DNA of 64,000 nt from a virus (taxonomy: Duplodnaviria > Heunggongvirae > Uroviricota > Caudoviricetes). The first letter of the stretch is position 1; every line of letters begins with the position of its first letter. The stretch lies in IMG/VR virus record IMGVR_UViG_3300033463_000001, positions 64,001 through 128,000 of that record; one strand, written 5' to 3'. The position numbers and the translations under genes are program-made. Below the pieces are notes generated by a model. The model saw only the letters and a program-made list of their open reading frames with translations, was not told where the DNA came from and made no database searches. Shown piece by piece: positions 8,442 through 16,471 of the stretch.

Positions 8442-8617
8442 CAAAGATACAAAAAAAATTTGATATATGCAAGTTTTTGAGTAAAAAAATTTTATGTTGT
8501 AAAACATGTTTTTTCGTAAGTCGTTGTGTTTCAGCCGGTTACGTTGTTTGGCGCACAAGAAAAAAATGAAAAAATGCAGACGGGTATTGCATATATGAAA
8601 AAAATTGCTTACCTTTG
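8442..8617. promoter_or_regulatory. divergent promoter pair P8 (-) and P9 (+) with a central imperfect palindrome
   Basis: P8: TATCTTTG 8442-8449, CTTG 8470-8473. P9: ATTG 8586-8589, TACCTTTG 8610-8617. cgtaagtcgttgtgtttcagccggttacg at 8515-8543. Confidence 0.75.
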
Positions 8618-8678
8618 CAGGCGAAATCGGTAACGAGACCGATGATGACCCTATTATTCATTATAAACGCATACGCAC

Positions 8679-8810
8679 ATGAAAGCGAAAGACATGGCAA
8701 AAATTCTCATGGAGCACCCAGATGCAGAGGTGGCTACCTACGGCATTCGTGGCAACGTGGAAAGCCACAATTTAATTTTCAACGGAGTGAATTGGTGGAT
8801 AGGCGCATAG
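8679..8810 (+). CDS. 43-aa peptide
   Basis: Not in the ORF track. MKAKDMAKILMEHPDAEVATYGIRGNVESHNLIFNGVNWWIGA, directly after P9. Confidence 0.6.
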   Translation: MKAKDMAKILMEHPDAEVATYGIRGNVESHNLIFNGVNWWIGA

Positions 8811-8851
8811 CCGGAGCGACCCAGAGACAAAATAGGGCAATAGACCCTGTT

Positions 8852-8936
8852 TTGTCAACTGGACTTTGCAAAATGAACTTTTTCAGCACTTTTTTGCGTG
8901 AAAATTTGTATATTTGAAAAAAAATACTTACCTTTG
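8852..8936 (+). promoter_or_regulatory. early promoter cassette P10
   Basis: Operator ttgtcaact-gg-actttgcaa 8852-8871, TTTG 8905-8908, TACCTTTG 8929-8936. Confidence 0.85.
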
Positions 8937-9001
8937 CACAAAATTTGACACGAACCCCTTTTAGAGGTGCAGGCAACACCATAAACACCGCCCCAATACC
9001 T

Positions 9002-9448
9002 ATGGTACGCAATATCTTCAAAGTCGCTGGACACGCTTACGAGTACACCACCAACACCACACGCTCGCACTATTCCACCACCGAGCACGCAACGCTCTAC
9101 CGAGACGGAAACGAGGTCTCTCATGGTACGGACACGTGGCTCAATCGTCCATGGTACGCTTACCGATACCAAAACGCTATCTCTGCCGCAGTCCGCAATT
9201 TCTTCCAAGAGTTAGCAGACCAAGCAGTAGCAGAGTGGAAGACCACCAACGGCAAAAGAGCCATTCCAAGAGCCGTTCGCGAAGAGGTCGAAGAGCCGTT
9301 CCTCGTTGTGGCGCACAAGTTAATGACCAAGATTAACACCGCCAACGGAGTGAGCACACACAAACGCGAGACCCTCAAACAACGAAGGGCAAGGCTCGCA
9401 AGAGAGGAACGAGCAAAGGCGAAAGCCATGAAGGCGCAAGCCAAGTGA
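9002..9448 (+). CDS. phage hypothetical protein with a basic C-terminus (start revised to MVRNIF)
   Basis: ATLYRDGNEV...NRPW.AY.YQ pattern; follows P10. Confidence 0.7.
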   Translation: MVRNIFKVAGHAYEYTTNTTRSHYSTTEHATLYRDGNEVSHGTDTWLNRPWYAYRYQNAISAAVRNFFQELADQAVAEWKTTNGKRAIPRAVREEVEEPFLVVAHKLMTKINTANGVSTHKRETLKQRRARLAREERAKAKAMKAQAK

Positions 9449-9451
9449 ACC

Positions 9452-9600
9452 GGAACGTGGGGAGGGACAGACACCCCTCCCCATGTCCTCCACCGGAGAC
9501 CCCTCCCCATGTACCCCCTCCCTGCGTAACCCCTACCGGAGGAGGGCGGTTTTGGGGGCCGTCATTTGGGGCGGACTGTTGGCCATAAAAATTTTTTGGG
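9452..9600. repeat. C/G-run repeat element at the end of the early segment
   Basis: ACCCCTCCCCATGT at 9473-9486 and 9499-9512, inverted copy acgtggggaggg at 9455-9466, further C and G runs, then aaaaatttttt. Confidence 0.75.
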
Positions 9601-10132
9601 TCCTTTTTAAATGAGTTCCAGGAGGACCACTATTTTTTGGAATCGCGTAGTTCCATGGTTACAGATGTGCAGCAGATGAGCAATATGCCGAAGTAGTGTC
9701 AATATGGATATTACGTCGTTGTTGTTTTGGAAGTCCACTCGTCCTTTGACAACAGAATGGATTTTGGTACGAGATTCACAGTAGTTTTGTTATTAGGTGT
9801 TCAGGAGCCGGCATGGTATTTTGCTACGGGTGTGATTCGGGTTGTGATGATTAGACGGGAACAGTTCTATCCATAGTAGCCGTATTACTGTATGTTGGTG
9901 TATAGGCTTAATGGAATCGCGTAGTCCGTTTGGCGGTTGGTATGTTACGGATGTGGCCTGGTTTTTTTCTCTATGATTACTGAGGAAGTCCTGGTGTCAC
10001 ACAAGTGCATTTTGTCAATGGGTGTTAGTAGTGTAGGTGATAGTTTGTGGATGAAGTTAACTTCCGTCACAAATGTTGTTCAATTATTGGTGTGTGTTCA
10101 ATAGTTTTTGAACAAGGTTGTACGGTTGGTAG

Positions 10133-10139
10133 TATTTAT
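10133..10139 (+). promoter_or_regulatory. putative late promoter TATTTAT (first of about 19 copies)
   Basis: Same motif at + 10497, 13301, 17691, 20769, 27260, 29147, 30875, 34217, 35097, 36525, 42696, 44093, 48600, 49525, 54567 and - 26291, 30857, 61262, always on the sense strand upstream of a gene. Confidence 0.75.
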
Positions 10140-10166
10140 TGGTAGCAATTAAATTAAGAATAAGAT

Positions 10167-10415
10167 ATGGCACAGATGTTTTTAATCAAGTATACTGGAA
10201 CGACTATTCAGGCATGTTGCTTCCCGTATGTCTTCTCATCCGCAGAGAAAGCACAGCGGTTTATCGACGAAGCTTGCTACTACCCGGATGAGTTTGTGGT
10301 AATCGAAGCAGAGAACATGGATGAACTGGAAGAGGGTGCAGGTTGCACAAAGGATACAATCGAAAAGGTTGTAGGTGAGAAGGTGGAAAGGCTGCTGCAA
10401 AGTAAACTGCAATAA
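10167..10415 (+). CDS. hypothetical protein
   Basis: 82 aa, between TATTTAT and a terminator. Confidence 0.65.
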   Translation: MAQMFLIKYTGTTIQACCFPYVFSSAEKAQRFIDEACYYPDEFVVIEAENMDELEEGAGCTKDTIEKVVGEKVERLLQSKLQ

Positions 10416-10439
10416 TTCGCTGTGTATACACAGATTTCT

Positions 10440-10477
10440 GCCGAAGGTAATGGTGAAGTCGTTGCCTTCGGCTTTTT
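10440..10477 (+). terminator. intrinsic terminator
   Basis: gccgaaggtaatg...cgttgccttcggc followed by a T run. Confidence 0.75.
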
Positions 10478-10508
10478 GTTAGACTATATTAGCGTGTATT
10501 TATAGGTG

Positions 10509-12074
10509 ATGGATAATTTGAAGCAAAGTAACGGCCAACCAATGGAACAGGACTACATAGACAACAATTACACCCCGGACGGAATTAAGTTCTTCGGGGA
10601 GAAACACCTATGGACTGACCCGGATGCACTGCCGTTCGTATACCTAACCTTCAACGGTATCAATAAACTATTCATCGGTGACTACGGAACGAATCACCAC
10701 AAGATACACCAAGGCGACATCCGTAAGTACATGGAGGAACATGGTATGGAATATCAATGGATTGACCTGTAGCATCGCAAGAACAGGTGGTCGCATGATA
10801 TTGAGGTGGATGGCCGGGTGTGGCGCCTGATTCCTGATGCCAATAGGACACCAAGCAATGTTTTCTCATTCTGGAGTATTGGAAAGGAGATGGACGCTGG
10901 CCTGGTGAAACTGGTTGTTGACATGGTTGTTAAGGCGTTGCACATAGAAGACCAACCTATTTATATTTCGTCCGGGAGCGACGTGGTTCCATACGAAAAT
11001 GTCGGTGTTAACATAGCCGATAATGGAAATGTGTATGCGTCACACCTGCTTCCTCCTGAAAAGAAAAGAGAAGCAACTTCGGACTTTCGCAGTGCAAGAG
11101 ATAGCCGGCTTGGTAAAAAACTGACAATGTCCAACGGAAGCGAAATGACAATGGCACAATACAGAGCGCTGAAACAAACAAGTGAAAATACAATAAAAAA
11201 CATGGATAGAATACAAGGACTCCAGACAATAGTCAACGAAGCCATAACGTGCGTACTCAATGAGGCACCGGCTAAGAATGGTGACGGTTACTACATTGGC
11301 TTCGCATCACAGTTCTACACATTGTGGTACATCACCACAGTACACATCGTAGACAAGCGCGAGGAATACGACCTGACGAGGTTTAGTTATATCTGCAACC
11401 TGTCACATGACTTAGAACAGGCGAAGAGGAACGCAGAGCGTCGTGGCGTGGAAATCATCGCAGTTAACCCGGAACTAAGAGGTACACACTCTTGGGAAAG
11501 CCGCAGCAATGTCAAGGAGAAACTGGAGTTTAGTCCGGATAAGTATCAGTTTGGCAAGTGGGCTGGACAATACCTGTCATTCGGAGATGGCGACTACATG
11601 CTGTGGTACTACGACCAAATCATCAATAGCCCGTACTATGCGGAGAATAGGAAAGAGGTTGAGAAAATCCTACTGGATAACGGCTACCACATGGTGGACG
11701 GACGCGCAGTGAGCGATGAGGTTTATCAGTCAATGATTCAAAAACAGACTGATGCAGACAACGCGAAACAACTCATAGACTCCGGAGAGCCTATTGATGT
11801 CATTGCTCAGTCCAACCTCAAGGACGGATATCCGGAAGACTTTACATATTGTCGTGCAACATTAGGCAGCGAGCCAAGTGACAAATATATATGGTTACAC
11901 TTCAAAGAGTTCAAAGAGATGGTCTACCAGGGATTCCCGTACTACCTACCGGTTATCAATGGCAAGGCAAAGCGTATTAAGAATAAGGCATTGCGCATAG
12001 ACTCGTACACATACGTAGGAGATGCTGCAGACGGAATGCCGGCTATTGAAGTTCACTCATTTACTATGCTGTAA
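10509..12074 (+). CDS. multi-domain putative head-internal protein interrupted by one in-frame TAG (10770-10772)
   Basis: ORFs 10506-10772 and 10806-12074 are in the same frame with only this stop between them; internal IVNEAITCVLNE tag; FGKWAG motif. Confidence 0.55.
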
Positions 12075-13291
12075 TGTCACAATCAACACAGAATATAACA
12101 TGTAGTCCGAGACTTGTTGTTAAAAAGTTGAAGGATATATTCGGCATAAACGATGTCCGTGTACACTCTGACGGCGGTGATAAGTCGTGTCGTACGGTGC
12201 GCATACAATTCCCTGAAGGATTCAACCGAGAAGACGATGTTGTGAAATTCATGGCGTCGTGTGGCTATAATGCCGTTCGGTTAACAAAAGGGTACGCTGC
12301 TATATTTGAGTCAACTAACCAGGATAATATCCGGCAATCGCTAGGTATGCTATTCCATGTCACAACGAAACAGAATTCACTAGAGATTTTACGAAACGGA
12401 TTCGTTGTACATGACAGGCATGATGATTCTGGCTTCTCATATAACGGACGAACATATTTCTTCAAAGGTAAGGATATAACATACGACATTTGGAATGTTA
12501 TTCTTTCCATTATAGAAGATAAAAACTTCAACGACGGAACAAGTTTAACGGAAGACGACTATGTTGCAATCATCGTTGACACACAAAACATTCCGGATAA
12601 TGTACGTTTCTTTACTGATTCAATGACACCGGATGCTGTTTACACAACTGACTATATACCATCGAATGCGATAGTTACAACAATGGAAATTGAGGAACCA
12701 GAGATTGACGAACAAAAGAATATGACACAAATACAACGCATACAAAACACCGTAAATGAGTCTATTAGCAAAGTTCTATGTGAGGGTTCGTGGGGATACG
12801 AGCCAACACAATCAGACTCATTCGGCGACCAGGACTGGACACTCCTTGAGGATATGTCTGAGTTGGTCTACGACAGATGTATCTCAATGCTGAGGAAATA
12901 CGGAAAAAACGCCGTAACAAAAGGTGGTGAATATTGGGATATTATTGGTATTATAGAACATTTCTTTGAAGGCCTTCCTGATATTGACGAGACTTTTGGC
13001 GACGATAAAGGCCAGGAGCGTTACTACGTTTGGTGGAACCTAATCACAAAAAAGAAGAAGAATATCATCAAACTGTATAAAGACGCAGTAACGTATTGTG
13101 CTAATTCAAAAGAGTGGCAAGATGCTTGGGATAAACCTGATAAGATTAAAAAGTCTGCAGAAAGGCGACTAAAAACGGTTGCTAAGTATGAAAAACTGCT
13201 AAAGGATAAAATCAAACAGCTTGAAACTGACCCTGGTTATTCAACTCCGGAAGACCTCAAGATACTCAAGAAAGCCGCAAACGACTTCTAA
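12074..13291 (+). CDS. multi-domain protein with a central ADP-ribosyltransferase-fold-like domain
   Basis: LFHVTTKQNSLEILRNGF...RTYFF...YTTDYIPSNAI; internal VNESISKVLCE tag. Confidence 0.55.
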   Translation: MSQSTQNITCSPRLVVKKLKDIFGINDVRVHSDGGDKSCRTVRIQFPEGFNREDDVVKFMASCGYNAVRLTKGYAAIFESTNQDNIRQSLGMLFHVTTKQNSLEILRNGFVVHDRHDDSGFSYNGRTYFFKGKDITYDIWNVILSIIEDKNFNDGTSLTEDDYVAIIVDTQNIPDNVRFFTDSMTPDAVYTTDYIPSNAIVTTMEIEEPEIDEQKNMTQIQRIQNTVNESISKVLCEGSWGYEPTQSDSFGDQDWTLLEDMSELVYDRCISMLRKYGKNAVTKGGEYWDIIGIIEHFFEGLPDIDETFGDDKGQERYYVWWNLITKKKKNIIKLYKDAVTYCANSKEWQDAWDKPDKIKKSAERRLKTVAKYEKLLKDKIKQLETDPGYSTPEDLKILKKAANDF

Positions 13292-13324
13292 TAGAAGAGG
13301 TATTTATTGTAAAAGTGACTTTTC

Positions 13325-14413
13325 ATGGCAAAAGATAAATGGATAAATATGAATGTCGAACTCCGTAAGGGTGGCCGTAATGCCGTAAAAATTTCGGAGG
13401 CAGACTTCAAAAAAGAACTGGAACACGCATACAAAGCACTCCAGATGGAAGAAGGCGAAAGAACACTATATCCTTTCACGCCTGGCAATTTCGCATATCA
13501 TTGCTGCTACAACAACAAAAAACTTGAAAAGAACAAAGACCTTTCTACATTACACCATGACATATGGGGTGAGAAATATAAGTTTGATAGCGAAAACGTA
13601 GACTGTTCCGGTGGTATCAAGACATCTAACAAAGGTATTGCATATCTACAATGCTATGCTGGAGGCGACTGGGAGTGTCCGGTATGCTTCTTTGTGTACT
13701 ACGATGGAAGCAAACTCAGGGGATACGTTCCTTTGAAAGGAAACTCCATCAATAGGGACACAAAAATGGCATTCGGCAACGAATCATCAAGTCCGGAAGA
13801 GGATTCGACAGAATATAAATTCCTTCGCAAGGAGTTTGGCGTAAAGACCAATGACGAATTACCAATCACACCTGATGATGTTAAATATAACGTTGACGCT
13901 TGCCTGGAAGATTTCTTAACGAGACTTGATATATCAGGTTCTTATAAAGACCACGACTATAGTGATTTCGATAAGAAATACGAGGAATATAAAGCACAAA
14001 AGAAAGCCGAACGCGAAGAACGGAAGAAACAACAGGAGACTGAGGCTAACAGCCTGAATGAACCAGAAGTTGAGGAGGCACTGGCAGAATCAATCCATGC
14101 CGTACTTGGCGAAAATGATGACGATGATTTCGTACTTATAGGTTTTCCGAATGGCAATCCAATACCTGAGAAGTTTTTCACCTTGACAAAAGACGGTAAG
14201 ATTCTTGCTAACGACAAAGCGCACACCCAAGTTGGCGAATGGGGACACAGGACTGAAGATGAATACACACATCGTAAGACGAATGTTTATTACGGTGGAT
14301 TGTGGTATAGAGGAGAGTGCTCGGCTGAGAGTAAGCATGAGTTCGTTCAAAAACTACATGATTTGATTATGCGTAGAGGTTACGCAATGAGAGACGGTAT
14401 TGTACACGTATAA
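13325..14413 (+). CDS. hypothetical two-domain protein
   Basis: AGGDWECPV.F.VYYDG.KLRGY.P..GN motif; internal LAESIHAVLGE tag. Confidence 0.75.
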   Translation: MAKDKWINMNVELRKGGRNAVKISEADFKKELEHAYKALQMEEGERTLYPFTPGNFAYHCCYNNKKLEKNKDLSTLHHDIWGEKYKFDSENVDCSGGIKTSNKGIAYLQCYAGGDWECPVCFFVYYDGSKLRGYVPLKGNSINRDTKMAFGNESSSPEEDSTEYKFLRKEFGVKTNDELPITPDDVKYNVDACLEDFLTRLDISGSYKDHDYSDFDKKYEEYKAQKKAEREERKKQQETEANSLNEPEVEEALAESIHAVLGENDDDDFVLIGFPNGNPIPEKFFTLTKDGKILANDKAHTQVGEWGHRTEDEYTHRKTNVYYGGLWYRGECSAESKHEFVQKLHDLIMRRGYAMRDGIVHV

Positions 14414-14416
14414 TTG

Positions 14417-15217
14417 ATGATAACTATGGATATCAAGATAAACGAAAAAATATTGGATAGTGTACTTAATGAAAGCGTGCACGACGTCATTAAAGAAGAT
14501 GTTGAAGACCAGGCTGTAGAAACGAAGTGTGACGAATATGCACAAATTTTGCGTAACGAGTACGAACAAGCTCAGCGTGCAGTCCGGGCGTCTAGGCCAA
14601 CGTTCCACAATGGATTGAGAGACGCTATGCAACGTCATGGGTTCACGACAGTTGGTCACGGAGACAACTGGACTGGTTTCTACGGACCTAGTAGGCTATT
14701 CTACTTCTCAGCACACCAAGACTATAATGGTGGCTGGCAGTCTCCATGGATTCTGTCTCAGAAGGTAGGAATCTGTATTGAGAAATATGGTTGGTCAAGC
14801 ATCCTGCCGTATAACCGAAGGGCTAACGCAGAGCATGGAATATACGATGTTTCAGTAAACGAGTTTGAAGAGTTCTATACGAACGCATGCAACCGCGTAC
14901 ATGATGTTATTGAAATCAGCAAACACCAAACACCGATGGAGCGCGTTGATACGTTTAGTAAGTTTACCGTATACAAAGGAGGAGGTGGTAGCTACCAAAC
15001 TATTTGGGAGTACGATAATTTCGAGGATGCCAAGAAAAGAGCATACGATTTAGCACAGGAAGAGTGTACTAAAGGCAAAGAGCGGAGGGATGATATTAGT
15101 AGATATTACCATTCAAAACCGGTTGATATCACTAACAACCACCCGCACGACATTATCGCATTTGAGTTCTATCTATACGATGAGCACTCTTATTATGTAG
15201 CAGTATCTGGAGAATAA
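14417..15217 (+). CDS. putative head-internal protein
   Basis: N-terminal IKINEKILDSVLNESVHDVIKE tag. Confidence 0.7.
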   Translation: MITMDIKINEKILDSVLNESVHDVIKEDVEDQAVETKCDEYAQILRNEYEQAQRAVRASRPTFHNGLRDAMQRHGFTTVGHGDNWTGFYGPSRLFYFSAHQDYNGGWQSPWILSQKVGICIEKYGWSSILPYNRRANAEHGIYDVSVNEFEEFYTNACNRVHDVIEISKHQTPMERVDTFSKFTVYKGGGGSYQTIWEYDNFEDAKKRAYDLAQEECTKGKERRDDISRYYHSKPVDITNNHPHDIIAFEFYLYDEHSYYVAVSGE

Positions 15218-15230
15218 GAATAACAAGACA

Positions 15231-15710
15231 ATGAATAAAAAAGTACAAATAGGACAAAACGAATTAACCTACCTCGTTGCCGAGTCAATGATTAGGAACA
15301 TTACCGGAGAGGCAACTATTAACGAAGGCGGTTTCAAAAATGCAATCGGAGCACTTGCTGCTGCAGGAATAATGACAGCATGTGGCCATGGTTCATTCTA
15401 CGGAAATCAGCCAACAGACCCAACAGAACAAACACAAAAACCATACGCAGACCAACAATATGAAAAATTCGACTGGAGTCTGATTACAGATGAACCAAAC
15501 CAGGGTTTTATCTATGACATGTATACAGGCTGTGCTAATAGCGGTAGTAGGACAATTGCATGCATAATTCAAAAGGATAAATACTGCTGGCGCTACTATA
15601 TTCCAGAGGAAATGAATGCAGAAATTGGTGAAAAATACAGGAATCGAGAGCCTGTTGATATTCGTGATTTCGAAGCGTTCATTGGATGGAAACCATACGA
15701 CCAACATTGA
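15231..15710 (+). CDS. putative head-internal protein with a hydrophobic, lipobox-like segment
   Basis: KVQIGQNELTYLVAES...INEG then AIGALAAAGIMTAC. Confidence 0.7.
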   Translation: MNKKVQIGQNELTYLVAESMIRNITGEATINEGGFKNAIGALAAAGIMTACGHGSFYGNQPTDPTEQTQKPYADQQYEKFDWSLITDEPNQGFIYDMYTGCANSGSRTIACIIQKDKYCWRYYIPEEMNAEIGEKYRNREPVDIRDFEAFIGWKPYDQH

Positions 15711-15806
15711 AACTAACATACTGTGATTGGTTAAATTAACAACATAGGCTATAGACGCAAATCACATAGTCTATATCGTACTACTACTATGTCACAGTAT
15801 CACTCT

Positions 15807-15836
15807 GCGTCAAGAAGCAATTCTTGGCGCTTTTTT
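15807..15836 (+). terminator. intrinsic terminator
   Basis: gcgtcaagaa-gcaa-ttcttggcgc followed by a T run. Confidence 0.75.
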
Positions 15837-15889
15837 ATTGATTCTAACTGGTTTTTTGATACATTAAAGTGATTAATAAAAACAACACA

Positions 15890-16255
15890 ATGGAAGAAAT
15901 GTTAAACTGTCCGGCAGAACATTGCCCGGAAACCTTTGAGAACACAGGTGAGAAGAAACTGGATTTCAGTTCATATGCCTACGAAAGAGCAGCAGAAGCT
16001 TGCAATGTAACCAACCCATCCAATGGTATCACAGTCGCAGAAGTTAAAGAGGTTCAATGCCAATCTGATGACAAACAATCGGAGTCGTATTACATTGTAC
16101 ACTATTATGGCGGACGTAACGGACATGGTAGCTGGAATAGCTATCTGAAAGATATTAAAGCCATCTTTGAAGAGTTTAAGTATGCATGGCTGATTGAGCT
16201 GCAGAATGACTGCCTTGATGACGTATGGGATTTGAAAATCGGATTTAGACTGTAA
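15890..16255 (+). CDS. hypothetical protein
   Basis: ATG with an A-rich leader; translationally coupled to the next gene. Confidence 0.65.
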   Translation: MEEMLNCPAEHCPETFENTGEKKLDFSSYAYERAAEACNVTNPSNGITVAEVKEVQCQSDDKQSESYYIVHYYGGRNGHGSWNSYLKDIKAIFEEFKYAWLIELQNDCLDDVWDLKIGFRL

Positions 16256-16464
16256 TGAAAACCCTTTATTTGGTTAAAACGTCTCTTATGAACGGCACCG
16301 TGACTATTAAGACAATGAACACAGTGTTCGCTACGAAAGAGCTGGCAGAGAAAGCGTTAGATTACATCAAAAAACAACAGCCGTCACACGAATTCTTTAC
16401 GTCATATTCGAATATGGAAGAGGTTACGCTTTACGAAACAGAAGATGAACTTCAATTAAACTAA
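16255..16464 (+). CDS. hypothetical protein
   Basis: TAATG overlap; VFATKELAEK motif. Confidence 0.65.
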   Translation: MKTLYLVKTSLMNGTVTIKTMNTVFATKELAEKALDYIKKQQPSHEFFTSYSNMEEVTLYETEDELQLN

Positions 16465-16471
16465 AAACAGA

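Noticed and set aside
203-8917. Plus-strand ORFs and ORFs crossing promoter cassettes in the track (e.g. 203-694, 2041-2310, 2407-2934, 5828-6142, 8615-8917)
   Set aside because: They are antisense shadows of better-supported genes, or translations of promoter DNA (the recurring AKVSK..DICKF peptide)
245-8936. The repeated ~90-bp units as a CRISPR array, MITEs or recombination cassettes
   Set aside because: Spacing is 0.3-1.8 kb and filled with genes, the copies are degenerate, no cas or transposase gene is present, and the conserved positions match a promoter plus operator; a role as recombination sites cannot be fully excluded
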